Position numbers and translations under genes: made by a program. From a virus: DNA of 64,000 nt. This document shows positions 1 to 7,304 of the stretch, piece after piece; positions within the stretch are counted from its first letter, which is position 1; the number at the start of each line of letters is the position of its first letter. Below the pieces are notes generated by a model. That model saw only the letters and a list, made by a program, of their open reading frames with translations. It searched no databases and was not told the DNA's origin. The stretch is taken from positions 8,575-72,574 of IMG/VR virus record IMGVR_UViG_3300009152_000039. One strand, given 5' to 3'.

Positions 1-21
1 CAGTTGGTTATAGAGAAGAGT

Positions 22-201
22 ATGCATAGTCAGTTAATTAAACTAATCAGAAGAATGATTGATGCTGGATACAGTGATGAAGATATAGTAGAAAGGATTC
101 GTTGCAGTCCTGAAGCTATTGATGCTGTAAAGAGGTTGATTGTACTAGAAGCAGAGAAGAAAGCCAAGTCTAAGGCTGATGATGATTATGCTAGTACCTA
201 A
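22..201 (+). CDS. small hypothetical protein, possibly helix-turn-helix (GYSDEDIVERIRCSPEAI)
   Basis: ORF with GGAG-like SD (gaagag) before ATG at 22; first of a series of overlapping small ORFs. Confidence 0.55.
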   Translation: MHSQLIKLIRRMIDAGYSDEDIVERIRCSPEAIDAVKRLIVLEAEKKAKSKADDDYAST

Positions 202-376
202 GACATATGATTTGCTGGATAGATGCGTATACGATGGTATTGCAATGGGACTGACAAGAGCTTATAAGCATGATAGTCGTCCTGGTGAAGATGCCATCAA
301 AGAGAATATCCACCGAGAAGTAATGAGTGAGATCTGTTTGTGGTTTAATATTAAGGATGAAGGGGCAGTAGAATGA
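188..376 (+). CDS. hypothetical phage protein
   Basis: ORF coupled to neighbours; its stop overlaps the next start (ATGA at 373-376). Confidence 0.6.
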   Translation: MLVPKTYDLLDRCVYDGIAMGLTRAYKHDSRPGEDAIKENIHREVMSEICLWFNIKDEGAVE

Positions 377-828
377 GTGAGTCAGTATTGTCGGGAGTTA
401 TCTTTGCAGCTCAGTTCTCTGTTGCCGCTATTATTTCAGCAGTTGGTATATTGGCTTTATCTGCTACCTTTATTGCTGTCAATCGATTGTTCCATATGTT
501 TTGGATTCCAACTAATATGGTTCAGAGACTATTCAACCTACTGAATGAAAAGGGTGCTGTTAAGAGGACTGAACCCACTGTTGATTATCAATACGGTAGC
601 GCTATAGCTGGATGTAGCGTGCCTATTGGTGTTCCTGCCATGACTCAGGATGGTAAGATTATGGTTAATGTTGGACAAGGTGGAGGTGGAGGAAATGGGG
701 AATATTCATACGGTGGAGGTGAATTCCCTGCTACGAAAGAGAAGAATACTAGACGAGATAAAATCGGCGAGAAGATGGAAGCTGCGTTTAAAGATGGAGT
801 TGACCTTTCAGGAAAGAAAACACCATGA
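373..828 (+). CDS. hypothetical membrane protein (N-terminal hydrophobic helix)
   Basis: 151-aa ORF, SD gagggg, ATGA overlaps at both ends. Confidence 0.65.
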   Translation: MSESVLSGVIFAAQFSVAAIISAVGILALSATFIAVNRLFHMFWIPTNMVQRLFNLLNEKGAVKRTEPTVDYQYGSAIAGCSVPIGVPAMTQDGKIMVNVGQGGGGGNGEYSYGGGEFPATKEKNTRRDKIGEKMEAAFKDGVDLSGKKTP

Positions 829-1022
829 ACGATATACTTAAAAAACTAAAGGATCAGGCTACCGATAATATGTTTGGTATCCCTGTCCTAGATGATAAGA
901 AATATGCTAAACTAATTATCGAAGAATGTGCTAGCCTCTTTCCATTGGCATTTACTGACGAACAGTACCAACGGCGTATTGATAAGACTATCCTGAAACA
1001 CTTTGGAGTTGATAATGATTGA
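825..1022 (+). CDS. hypothetical phage protein (AKLIxEEC...KHFGV family)
   Basis: ORF; shares motifs with the next ORF. Confidence 0.65.
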   Translation: MNDILKKLKDQATDNMFGIPVLDDKKYAKLIIEECASLFPLAFTDEQYQRRIDKTILKHFGVDND

Positions 1023-1281
1023 CATTGAAGACCTGGCGATGAAAGCAAGACTGAGCGTACCTGAAGGCCTTGCAGTCGATGAATGGGTAAGAGAGTATAA
1101 TAAGATCTTTGCTAAACTAATTGTTGACGAATGCCTTAATCAATGCTATAATAATGGTATGAATGATTCTCTCTATGAAGGTCAACTAAAAGCTGCTGAC
1201 TACATTAAAGAGCACTTTGGTATTGTAGATATAGATACCAACTTACGTGAAAGATCAACTTATTTTGGGAATGATGTATGA
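1015..1281 (+). CDS. hypothetical phage protein (AKLIVDEC...KEHFGI family)
   Basis: SD ggag at 1005-1008, ATG at 1015; paralogous motifs to 825..1022. Confidence 0.65.
   Translation: MIDIEDLAMKARLSVPEGLAVDEWVREYNKIFAKLIVDECLNQCYNNGMNDSLYEGQLKAADYIKEHFGIVDIDTNLRERSTYFGNDV
1124..1152 (+). promoter_or_regulatory. sigma70-type early promoter
   Basis: TTGACG-17 nt-TATAAT with extended -10 TG; lies inside an ORF, upstream of 1278. Confidence 0.55.
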
Positions 1282-1478
1282 TTGAATCTCACACACGAAA
1301 AGCTAAGTTTTGTGAACTGAAGCCCTACTGCCACCACGCTAAAGAAAATGACTACATGGAAGTAACAGAGTGGTCAAACAGCGAAGGGTTTGATGTTAAC
1401 CTTAATGATAAGAAGCATATATCTTTTACTTGGGGAGAATACGAAGCACTCCAAGTTCTAATCAACTATAAGGAGTAA
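1278..1478 (+). CDS. hypothetical phage protein
   Basis: 66-aa ORF with ATGA overlap to the previous gene. Confidence 0.65.
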   Translation: MIESHTRKAKFCELKPYCHHAKENDYMEVTEWSNSEGFDVNLNDKKHISFTWGEYEALQVLINYKE

Positions 1479-1481
1479 TCA

Positions 1482-1655
1482 ATGAGTAAAATTGCTACCT
1501 GGTTTATGAAACACAGAACCGCTATTGGATATACAATTGGATTTGCTAACATCATTAGCGGGGTAGTTAACATTGCTCTTGATAATGTTGGCCTTGGTAT
1601 ACTATGGATTATTATTGGATCTGTAATCATATACGATACAAAGGCAACAAAGTGA
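1482..1655 (+). CDS. small two-TM membrane protein (MSKIATWFMKHRTAIGYTIGFANIISGVVNIALDNVGLGILWIIIGSVIIYDTKATK)
   Basis: Not in the ORF track (57 aa); strong SD aaggag; stop overlaps the GTG of the next gene. Confidence 0.65.
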   Translation: MSKIATWFMKHRTAIGYTIGFANIISGVVNIALDNVGLGILWIIIGSVIIYDTKATK

Positions 1656-2047
1656 GATACGGTGTACATTCGAACCAATTTCAAGGAGAGTATAAACGTG
1701 TTCTTTGCGTATGTTCTGCTGGTATCCTACGTTCAGCAACAGCTGCTCACATCCTTTGTGGTAATCCATACAACTTTAACACTAGAAACGCTGGGACGGC
1801 TTCCTATGCCCTTATTCCTGTAACAGAAGATCTACTACAGTGGGCTGATGAAATTGTATGTATGGAACGTGAACATAAAGAGTATGTTGAAAAGAAGTTG
1901 GAAGAATTTAAGCTTCTAGCTGTTCCTATTGTTACTCTTTACATTGAGGATATCTACGAATACCGTGATGGTAAGTTGGTTGAGTTGATTCAGACTGCAT
2001 ACAACAAATACCAAGCAAGCCTACTTCCAGTAAATGATAATTTTTAA
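1652..2047 (+). CDS. low-molecular-weight protein-tyrosine-phosphatase-like protein
   Basis: RVLCVCSAGILRS is a CX5R(S) P-loop; DLLQWADEIVCME and IEDIY follow the LMW-PTP pattern; GTG start overlaps the upstream TGA. Confidence 0.75.
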   Translation: MRYGVHSNQFQGEYKRVLCVCSAGILRSATAAHILCGNPYNFNTRNAGTASYALIPVTEDLLQWADEIVCMEREHKEYVEKKLEEFKLLAVPIVTLYIEDIYEYRDGKLVELIQTAYNKYQASLLPVNDNF

Positions 2048-2065
2048 TTGCAACCGTCTACCTGT

Positions 2066-2073
2066 TATAAATA
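2066..2073 (+). promoter_or_regulatory. T4-type late promoter
   Basis: TATAAATA in the intergenic gap, 45 nt before the Gly-rich gene. Confidence 0.75.
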
Positions 2074-2118
2074 CTCTTAAAGTCACGTGATATGTGATTA
2101 TTAAGGGAGATTATAAAG

Positions 2119-3006
2119 ATGGCAATTAACGTAAGTGGCACAACAATAACATTCAATGACGCAACAACTCAGACTACCGCACCGCTAGTTGGTGCTATTC
2201 AAACAATCACACTATCGGGTTCAGGTACGTGGAATAAGCCTACAACTGGTGGATATCAATGGCTAAAGCTACAACTATGGGGTGCCGGTGGTTCTGGAGG
2301 TAGATCAAGTACCACTGGTGGTGCAGGTGGTGGTGGAGGTGGGGGAGGTTATTTAGAAGTAATAGTTCCATTGTCTTGGGTAGCAACTAGTGAAACATAT
2401 GCAGTTGGTGCTGGAGGTGGTTCTGTTAGTAGCAATAGTGCTGGTATTACTGGAGGGGATACAAATTTTACTGTAACCAACTGGCCAGATCAAAATCCAT
2501 TTACAAGGAATCTAATTGCATATGGTGGAGGAGGAGGTGGTGGTGGTACTAGCTCTACCCCATACGGAGGTGGTAGTGGTGGTTCTGATATGAGTGCTGG
2601 AGTAACGCCAGCTGGCGTTGGCCCTGCTTCCGGAGGCAAAACAACGGGTGGAGCCGGTGGAACCGGTGTTTCTGGTGCTGGTGGTTCTGGAGGTAATTCG
2701 TTTTATGGTGGTGGTGGAGGAGGTGGTGGAGGTACATTTGGAACTGGCGTCAGTGGAGCTGGTGGATATTCATCTTATGGTGGAGGTGGAGGTGGAGGTG
2801 GCGCTACTACTGGAGGGCAAATGAGTAATCCTGGGTATTCAAATTTTGCACAAGGTGGTGGTGGTTATGCAGGATTGGGTGGGTCTGGTTCAGGTAGCAC
2901 TAGTACCAGTACTGATGGCTATATTCCCGGTGGTGGAGGTGGAGGAGCTAGGATCCAGTCTTCGGGTGGTGGGGCTGCGGGTTCAATAATTTTAACTTGG
3001 TGGTGA
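2119..3006 (+). CDS. glycine-rich virion/fibre-associated protein
   Basis: GGGGG runs, WGAGGSGG motif, C-terminal GSIILTWW; late promoter and SD aaggga. Confidence 0.75.
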   Translation: MAINVSGTTITFNDATTQTTAPLVGAIQTITLSGSGTWNKPTTGGYQWLKLQLWGAGGSGGRSSTTGGAGGGGGGGGYLEVIVPLSWVATSETYAVGAGGGSVSSNSAGITGGDTNFTVTNWPDQNPFTRNLIAYGGGGGGGGTSSTPYGGGSGGSDMSAGVTPAGVGPASGGKTTGGAGGTGVSGAGGSGGNSFYGGGGGGGGGTFGTGVSGAGGYSSYGGGGGGGGATTGGQMSNPGYSNFAQGGGGYAGLGGSGSGSTSTSTDGYIPGGGGGGARIQSSGGGAAGSIILTWW

Positions 3007-3008
3007 TC

Positions 3009-3203
3009 ATGGAACTAAAAAAATACGCTGTAGTAAATACTCTTACAAATATCTGTGAAAATACTATTGTATGGGATGGGGTTGCACCTTGGCAAGCACC
3101 AACAAACTGTTACAGTGTTCTCATAGAGGGGTTAGAAGTTGGAATTGGTTTTAAATATGAAGACGGAGTGTGGACAGACGTTCGACCTGAATCTAGCTCT
3201 TAA
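3009..3203 (+). CDS. small protein accompanying the Gly-rich protein (putative chaperone/adaptor)
   Basis: KYAVV...ENTIVWDG...GIGFKYEDG pattern typical of partners of Gly-rich fibre proteins. Confidence 0.6.
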   Translation: MELKKYAVVNTLTNICENTIVWDGVAPWQAPTNCYSVLIEGLEVGIGFKYEDGVWTDVRPESSS

Positions 3204-3227
3204 AGTGTAAATTATTTGTAATTAGTG

Positions 3228-3256
3228 TTGACTTATTTTCGTTTAATGTTGAGAAT
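3228..3256 (+). promoter_or_regulatory. probable sigma70-type promoter for the DUF932 gene
   Basis: TTGACT-17 nt-GAGAAT in an intergenic region; the -10 is imperfect. Confidence 0.4.
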
Positions 3257-3299
3257 AGACTCTGTTGTGATTGATTAATTACCTTTTTGGAGATATATT

Positions 3300-4259
3300 A
3301 TGGCACATTTAGTCGAAACTATGGCATATGCAGGCGAAACCCCGTGGCACGGTCTTGGTAAATTAGTACCAGGAGACCTTTCTCCTGCTCAAATGTTGGA
3401 CGCAGCTGGCTTAAACTGGTCGGTTGACAAGGTTCCAGCGTACGCTGAGATCCTTGGTAAGCAAGTTTACACTGGCAAAGACGCGTTAGTACGCTCTACT
3501 GACGGTAAAATCCTGGATGTAGTGTCGCAAGACTGGAATCCTTTGCAGAATGAAGAAGCATTTGAGTTCTTTAACGACTTTGTATGCTCCGGTAACATGG
3601 AGATGCACACTGCTGGATCGCTAAAAAACGGTCAAATTGTGTGGGCTTTGGCTAAAGTTAAGGAGAGTTTTGATGTTTTCAACGGTGATCAGGTGGATTC
3701 CTACCTATTGTTTACTCTCCCTCACAAGTTTGGCCAGTCTATTGACGTTCGCTTCACTCCAATACGTGTGGTCTGCAACAACACTCTCACTCTATCACTT
3801 AGCAGTAAGCAAGATAACATGGTGAAGGTGTCGCATCGCAAGATGTTTGACGGTGATCAGGTGAAGCAGACTCTTGGTATTGCGTCCGAGAAGCTTGCAA
3901 AGTACAAGGAAATGGCTAAGTTCTTGGGTTCCAAGAAGTTCAAGCAGGAATCCGTTACAGAGTACTTCAACCGTATCTTCCCTGTTAACGCATACGGTCG
4001 CTCTAAGAACGAAGAAACTGCTATCAAAAAGGAGTTGTCGAAGTCTGCAACTCTGGCTCTGGAGGCTTTGCATGAGCAACCTGGTGCTAAGTTTGCTGAG
4101 GGCTCCTGGTGGCAAGCGTTTAACGCTGTTACATTCCTGACCGACCATGTTATTGGTCGTACTCAAGAAGGTCGTTTGACATCTGCTTGGTACGGTCCTA
4201 ACAAAGCACTTAAGGTGAAGGCTCTTGAGACTGCTGTTGAGATGGCTGAAGCAGCGTGA
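3300..4259 (+). CDS. DUF932 family phage/plasmid-like protein
   Basis: MAHLVETMAYAGETPWHGLG start; TPIRVVCNNTL and GSWWQAFNAVT motifs. Confidence 0.85.
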   Translation: MAHLVETMAYAGETPWHGLGKLVPGDLSPAQMLDAAGLNWSVDKVPAYAEILGKQVYTGKDALVRSTDGKILDVVSQDWNPLQNEEAFEFFNDFVCSGNMEMHTAGSLKNGQIVWALAKVKESFDVFNGDQVDSYLLFTLPHKFGQSIDVRFTPIRVVCNNTLTLSLSSKQDNMVKVSHRKMFDGDQVKQTLGIASEKLAKYKEMAKFLGSKKFKQESVTEYFNRIFPVNAYGRSKNEETAIKKELSKSATLALEALHEQPGAKFAEGSWWQAFNAVTFLTDHVIGRTQEGRLTSAWYGPNKALKVKALETAVEMAEAA

Positions 4260-4260
4260 A

Positions 4261-4300
4261 AATGCGGGGATAACGCCACTAAAATGGTGTTATTCCCCAT
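4261..4300 (+). terminator. stem-loop after the DUF932 gene (terminator or processing hairpin)
   Basis: gggataacgcca-ctaaaa-tggtgttattcc 12-bp stem with GU pairs, followed by a T-rich tract. Confidence 0.5.
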
Positions 4301-4375
4301 TGTTATTTCTAGGTATTCGGATAGATAATAACAGTGGCACAATTGTGTCATTATTTAATTAACTGGGAGAATAAA

Positions 4376-4450
4376 ATGGCTTGGACTACACCTTCTGCAC
4401 AAGATATGCGTTTTGGTTTCGAAATCACTATGTATATTGCAAATCGTTAA
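4376..4450 (+). CDS. pqqA: PQQ precursor peptide PqqA (MAWTTPSAQDMRFGFEITMYIANR)
   Basis: 24-aa ORF absent from the ORF track; SD gggaga; W-x-x-P...R-F-G-F-E-x-x-x-Y signature with the Glu and Tyr that form PQQ. Confidence 0.93.
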   Translation: MAWTTPSAQDMRFGFEITMYIANR

Positions 4451-4459
4451 TAAATAGTT

Positions 4460-4793
4460 GTAAAGAATTGTTGTAATCCCTTCAAAGCGAAGGCATGTTG
4501 GACGAGGGTTCGATTCCCTCCATCTCCACCAGAAACATATTACGGCTGAGGTCTAGAGATAACTTCATACTACGCCGTAACAGGATATAGAAGCAGACCT
4601 AAACCTGTTGTATAGTGTGTTTCTGATGGGGATGACCAGGTTTCGACAGCGTGAGATAGTAGAGAAGGCAACACGGTAGGCGATGACCGTAAATCAAGCA
4701 AAACAAGTAACCGCAAATGATAGCGAGTACGCTCTAGCAGCTTAAGCTCTAGATGGGGTTTCGGTGGCTGTCCTTATAACTCAATCAGCCACC
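4460..4793 (+). ncRNA. ssrA: two-piece (circularly permuted) tmRNA
   Basis: Acceptor piece (T-arm GAGGGTTCGATTCCCTC, CATCTCC-ACCA ending 4531) lies upstream of the coding piece starting GGGGATG at 4628; the 7-bp acceptor stem has G3.U; tag reading frame 4713-4745 = ANDSEYALAA*; terminal hairpin ggtggctg/cagccacc. Outer ends are approximate. Confidence 0.92.
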
Positions 4794-4803
4794 AATTAAT
4801 AAT

Positions 4804-4811
4804 TATAAATA
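4804..4811 (+). promoter_or_regulatory. T4-type late promoter
   Basis: TATAAATA ~146 nt upstream of the hydrolase ATG. Confidence 0.7.
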
Positions 4812-4957
4812 AATTCATCTACAATAGGATCCATTGGTCCAATACAGCATGAGCAGTTCTTGATAGGAATGACATCGTGACTATTAACAATCTAGTAACT
4901 GAGAGTAGTACCTCTGTTCCGCAACAAAATTCAATAAATTACAAAGAGGAAGTTAAC

Positions 4958-5488
4958 ATGAAAAAGATAGTGTTAATCACACTTCTTGGCCTATGTTCAC
5001 TTGTATTTGCTAGCAATCAGCTTGACGAGATGGTAGAGTACCAACTCAATGCTCAAGAGCAATTAGTTTCTGTACCTGATAAGCAAATAGAATGTTTAGC
5101 CAAGAATATGTACTTCGAAGCAAGGAATGAACCAGATGCTGGCATTAGAGCAGTGGGATTCGTTACGATGAATCGTGTTCAAGATCCACAGTTTCCAAAA
5201 TCAATTTGTGAAGTTGTTTACCAACGTACTGGACCCACTTGTCAGTTTTCCTGGGTGTGCATATTTGGTAGGAACCCGCAAATTACAAACCTAATCCAGT
5301 TTCAACGGATTAAGAATATGGCTCGTGAGATTGCTGCTGCCCATCCAGAAAATAAGATATATGATCCAAGCAAAGGATCGTTATTCTTTCATGCAGCATA
5401 CATTAGTCCAGGTTGGAAACTAAGTAAAAAAATTCGCATTGGCCAACATATATTTTATTCCAGGAAGAAGCATGATCCAAGATCTTAA
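4958..5488 (+). CDS. SleB-like cell wall hydrolase (Hydrolase_2) with N-terminal signal peptide
   Basis: CLAKNMYFEARNE, VTMNRV..P.FPKSICEVVYQ, CQFSW, IGQHIFY motifs; MKKIVLITLLGLCSLVFA signal; SD gagga. Confidence 0.88.
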   Translation: MKKIVLITLLGLCSLVFASNQLDEMVEYQLNAQEQLVSVPDKQIECLAKNMYFEARNEPDAGIRAVGFVTMNRVQDPQFPKSICEVVYQRTGPTCQFSWVCIFGRNPQITNLIQFQRIKNMAREIAAAHPENKIYDPSKGSLFFHAAYISPGWKLSKKIRIGQHIFYSRKKHDPRS

Positions 5489-5708
5489 TTTTGTAAGCAT
5501 AGTGGAGTTCTCTAAGGAGATTGAAGATCTTGTAAAACATAAGAAAATGGAGTATATTGATGCAGTAGTATACTTCTGTGAGAAGAACGGTGTTGATATT
5601 GAAACAGCAGCCTCGTTAATTAAGAATAATGCAAAGCTGAAAGCATTGATCCAAGACGAAGCTGAACAACTTAACTATTTGCCAAAAACACACAAACTAC
5701 CTTTATGA
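5472..5708 (+). CDS. 33: late promoter transcription coactivator gp33
   Basis: FSKEIEDLV...YIDAVVYFCEKNG...LIQDEAEQLNYL; position before gp59-gp32. Confidence 0.85.
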   Translation: MIQDLNFVSIVEFSKEIEDLVKHKKMEYIDAVVYFCEKNGVDIETAASLIKNNAKLKALIQDEAEQLNYLPKTHKLPL

Positions 5709-6307
5709 GTGATTATGATGCGTACAAAGTATACTGTGCTCTGAAAAGACACTTCAATTCAGAGTCGTATGATTATTTTAAGTACCAAGGTAAAGTTCGC
5801 ACAACACACAAAGCATTTGAGAAGAGGAACGACAAGTACTTCTTTGCAAAGCTAGCAAAGCACAAAGACATTGAAGGATTCCTCGTTGCAAACCTTGCAT
5901 ACGGGGATCTTTGGGTGGGTGACCTTGTTAACGAGCAGGCTGCTGAGAAGCAGTATAGAGAATGGTTAAAACGCAAGCAATCGCTGTCATACGTGTTCAA
6001 AAACGACCTTGATAACATTGGATCAATGAAAGAGGAGATGCGGGTTGTTGAAGGTCAGCATCCTAAGCTGTTTAAAAAGTATTTGTCAAAAGAGATCTGC
6101 ATTGAAACTCTGATCATAATGAACGGTCTTTGGAAAGGTCTGATGTTCATGTACTGGAACGAGATGCTGAAAGATCCTGTGTGGAAGAGCGAATACAATA
6201 AATTATTGAAATTTTCCCCATTTGTTCAGTATGAGGAAGATAAATATAGAAGTATGTTGACTCAACACGAAGAGCAATGTACAATTACATCATTAGTCTG
6301 TGGATAA
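5705..6307 (+). CDS. 59: helicase loader gp59
   Basis: YCALKRHF...YDYFKYQGK...KRNDKYFFAKLA; synteny. Confidence 0.88.
   Translation: MSDYDAYKVYCALKRHFNSESYDYFKYQGKVRTTHKAFEKRNDKYFFAKLAKHKDIEGFLVANLAYGDLWVGDLVNEQAAEKQYREWLKRKQSLSYVFKNDLDNIGSMKEEMRVVEGQHPKLFKKYLSKEICIETLIIMNGLWKGLMFMYWNEMLKDPVWKSEYNKLLKFSPFVQYEEDKYRSMLTQHEEQCTITSLVCG
6257..6285 (+). promoter_or_regulatory. sigma70-type promoter for gene 32
   Basis: TTGACT-17 nt-TACAAT, 60 nt upstream of the gp32 ATG. Confidence 0.65.
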
Positions 6308-6345
6308 ACTAATACACATAACACGTTTTATATAAGGAAAATACG

Positions 6346-7278
6346 ATGTCAAATTTCTCAAGTCTCAAGAAGTCTTCTAAGTCGTCATTCGACAAAATCA
6401 CCCAACAAGTATCCAAGCTAGCCAACCCTGAGGGTGCAAGCGGTCGTGAAGCCGATAATCGCTTCTGGCAACCAGAAGTAGATAAGTCTGGTAATGGATA
6501 TGCTGTTATTCGTTTCTTGCCATCTCCCGATGGTGAAGACGTCCCGTTTGTTCGCATCTTTAATCACGGTTTCAAAGGACCTAACGGTCAATGGTATATT
6601 GAGAATTCACTTACTACGGTTGGTAAAGCTGATCCCGTATCTGAGTACAACAGCCAGCTTTGGGCTACTGGTATCGAAGCAAACAAGACTCAAGTACGCA
6701 ATCAAAAGCGTAAACTAAACTTTATCTCAAACATCTATGTTGTCAGTGATAAAGCACATCCAGAAAACGAAGGCAAAGTATTCTTGTTTAAATATGGCAA
6801 GAAGATATTTGATAAGCTGAATGCTGCTATGAATCCAGAGTTTGAAGATGAAGCTCCAATCAATCCATTTGATCTTTGGACTGGTGCTAATTTTAAACTG
6901 AAGATTCGTAACGTTGAAGGCTATCGTAATTACGATAAGTCTGAGTTTGATACTGCTGGTCCTCTTTCTGATGATGATTCTGAACTAGAGTCAATCTGGA
7001 AGCAGGAACACTCGTTGCAAGAGTTTTTGGGTGATAAGCACTTTAAGCCATACGATGAGTTGAAGCAAAAGCTATATCGTGTACTAGCTCTTGATGGTGG
7101 TGCTGCTAAATCTGTACAGAATGTTTCTCAGCGTACTATTGAAGAAGATAGTGAAGAAGAGTTTGAGCAGATGGCAAAGCCAGTAAAGAGCGCTAAGCCA
7201 GCTTCTAAACCTAAGGCAGATGCCCCATGGGATGAAGATGAAGATCTTGAAGCGTTTAAGTCACTAATCAACGACTAA
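6346..7278 (+). CDS. 32: single-stranded DNA-binding protein gp32
   Basis: DNRFWQPEVDKSGNGYAVIRFLP, HGFKGP, YGKKIFDK, NYDKSEF motifs; acidic C-terminal tail. Confidence 0.95.
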   Translation: MSNFSSLKKSSKSSFDKITQQVSKLANPEGASGREADNRFWQPEVDKSGNGYAVIRFLPSPDGEDVPFVRIFNHGFKGPNGQWYIENSLTTVGKADPVSEYNSQLWATGIEANKTQVRNQKRKLNFISNIYVVSDKAHPENEGKVFLFKYGKKIFDKLNAAMNPEFEDEAPINPFDLWTGANFKLKIRNVEGYRNYDKSEFDTAGPLSDDDSELESIWKQEHSLQEFLGDKHFKPYDELKQKLYRVLALDGGAAKSVQNVSQRTIEEDSEEEFEQMAKPVKSAKPASKPKADAPWDEDEDLEAFKSLIND

Positions 7279-7304
7279 AAAGAAAGGGGCCTAGGCCCCT
7301 TTTT
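7277..7304. terminator. bidirectional intrinsic terminator between convergent gp32 and tape measure genes
   Basis: aaaggggcct/aggccccttt palindrome with A-tract before and T-tract after. Confidence 0.85.

Noticed and set aside
4335-4350. sigma54 promoter for pqqA
   Set aside because: TGGCAC is present, but the -12 position reads TGTC rather than TTGC.
4505-4531. Apparent tRNA 3' half ending in CCA (tRNA or attP remnant)
   Set aside because: Explained as the acceptor piece of the permuted tmRNA; there is no D or anticodon arm and no integrase in the window.
4532-4627. Hammerhead or other known ribozyme in the tmRNA spacer
   Set aside because: No CUGAUGA/GAAA core or other recognisable ribozyme consensus.
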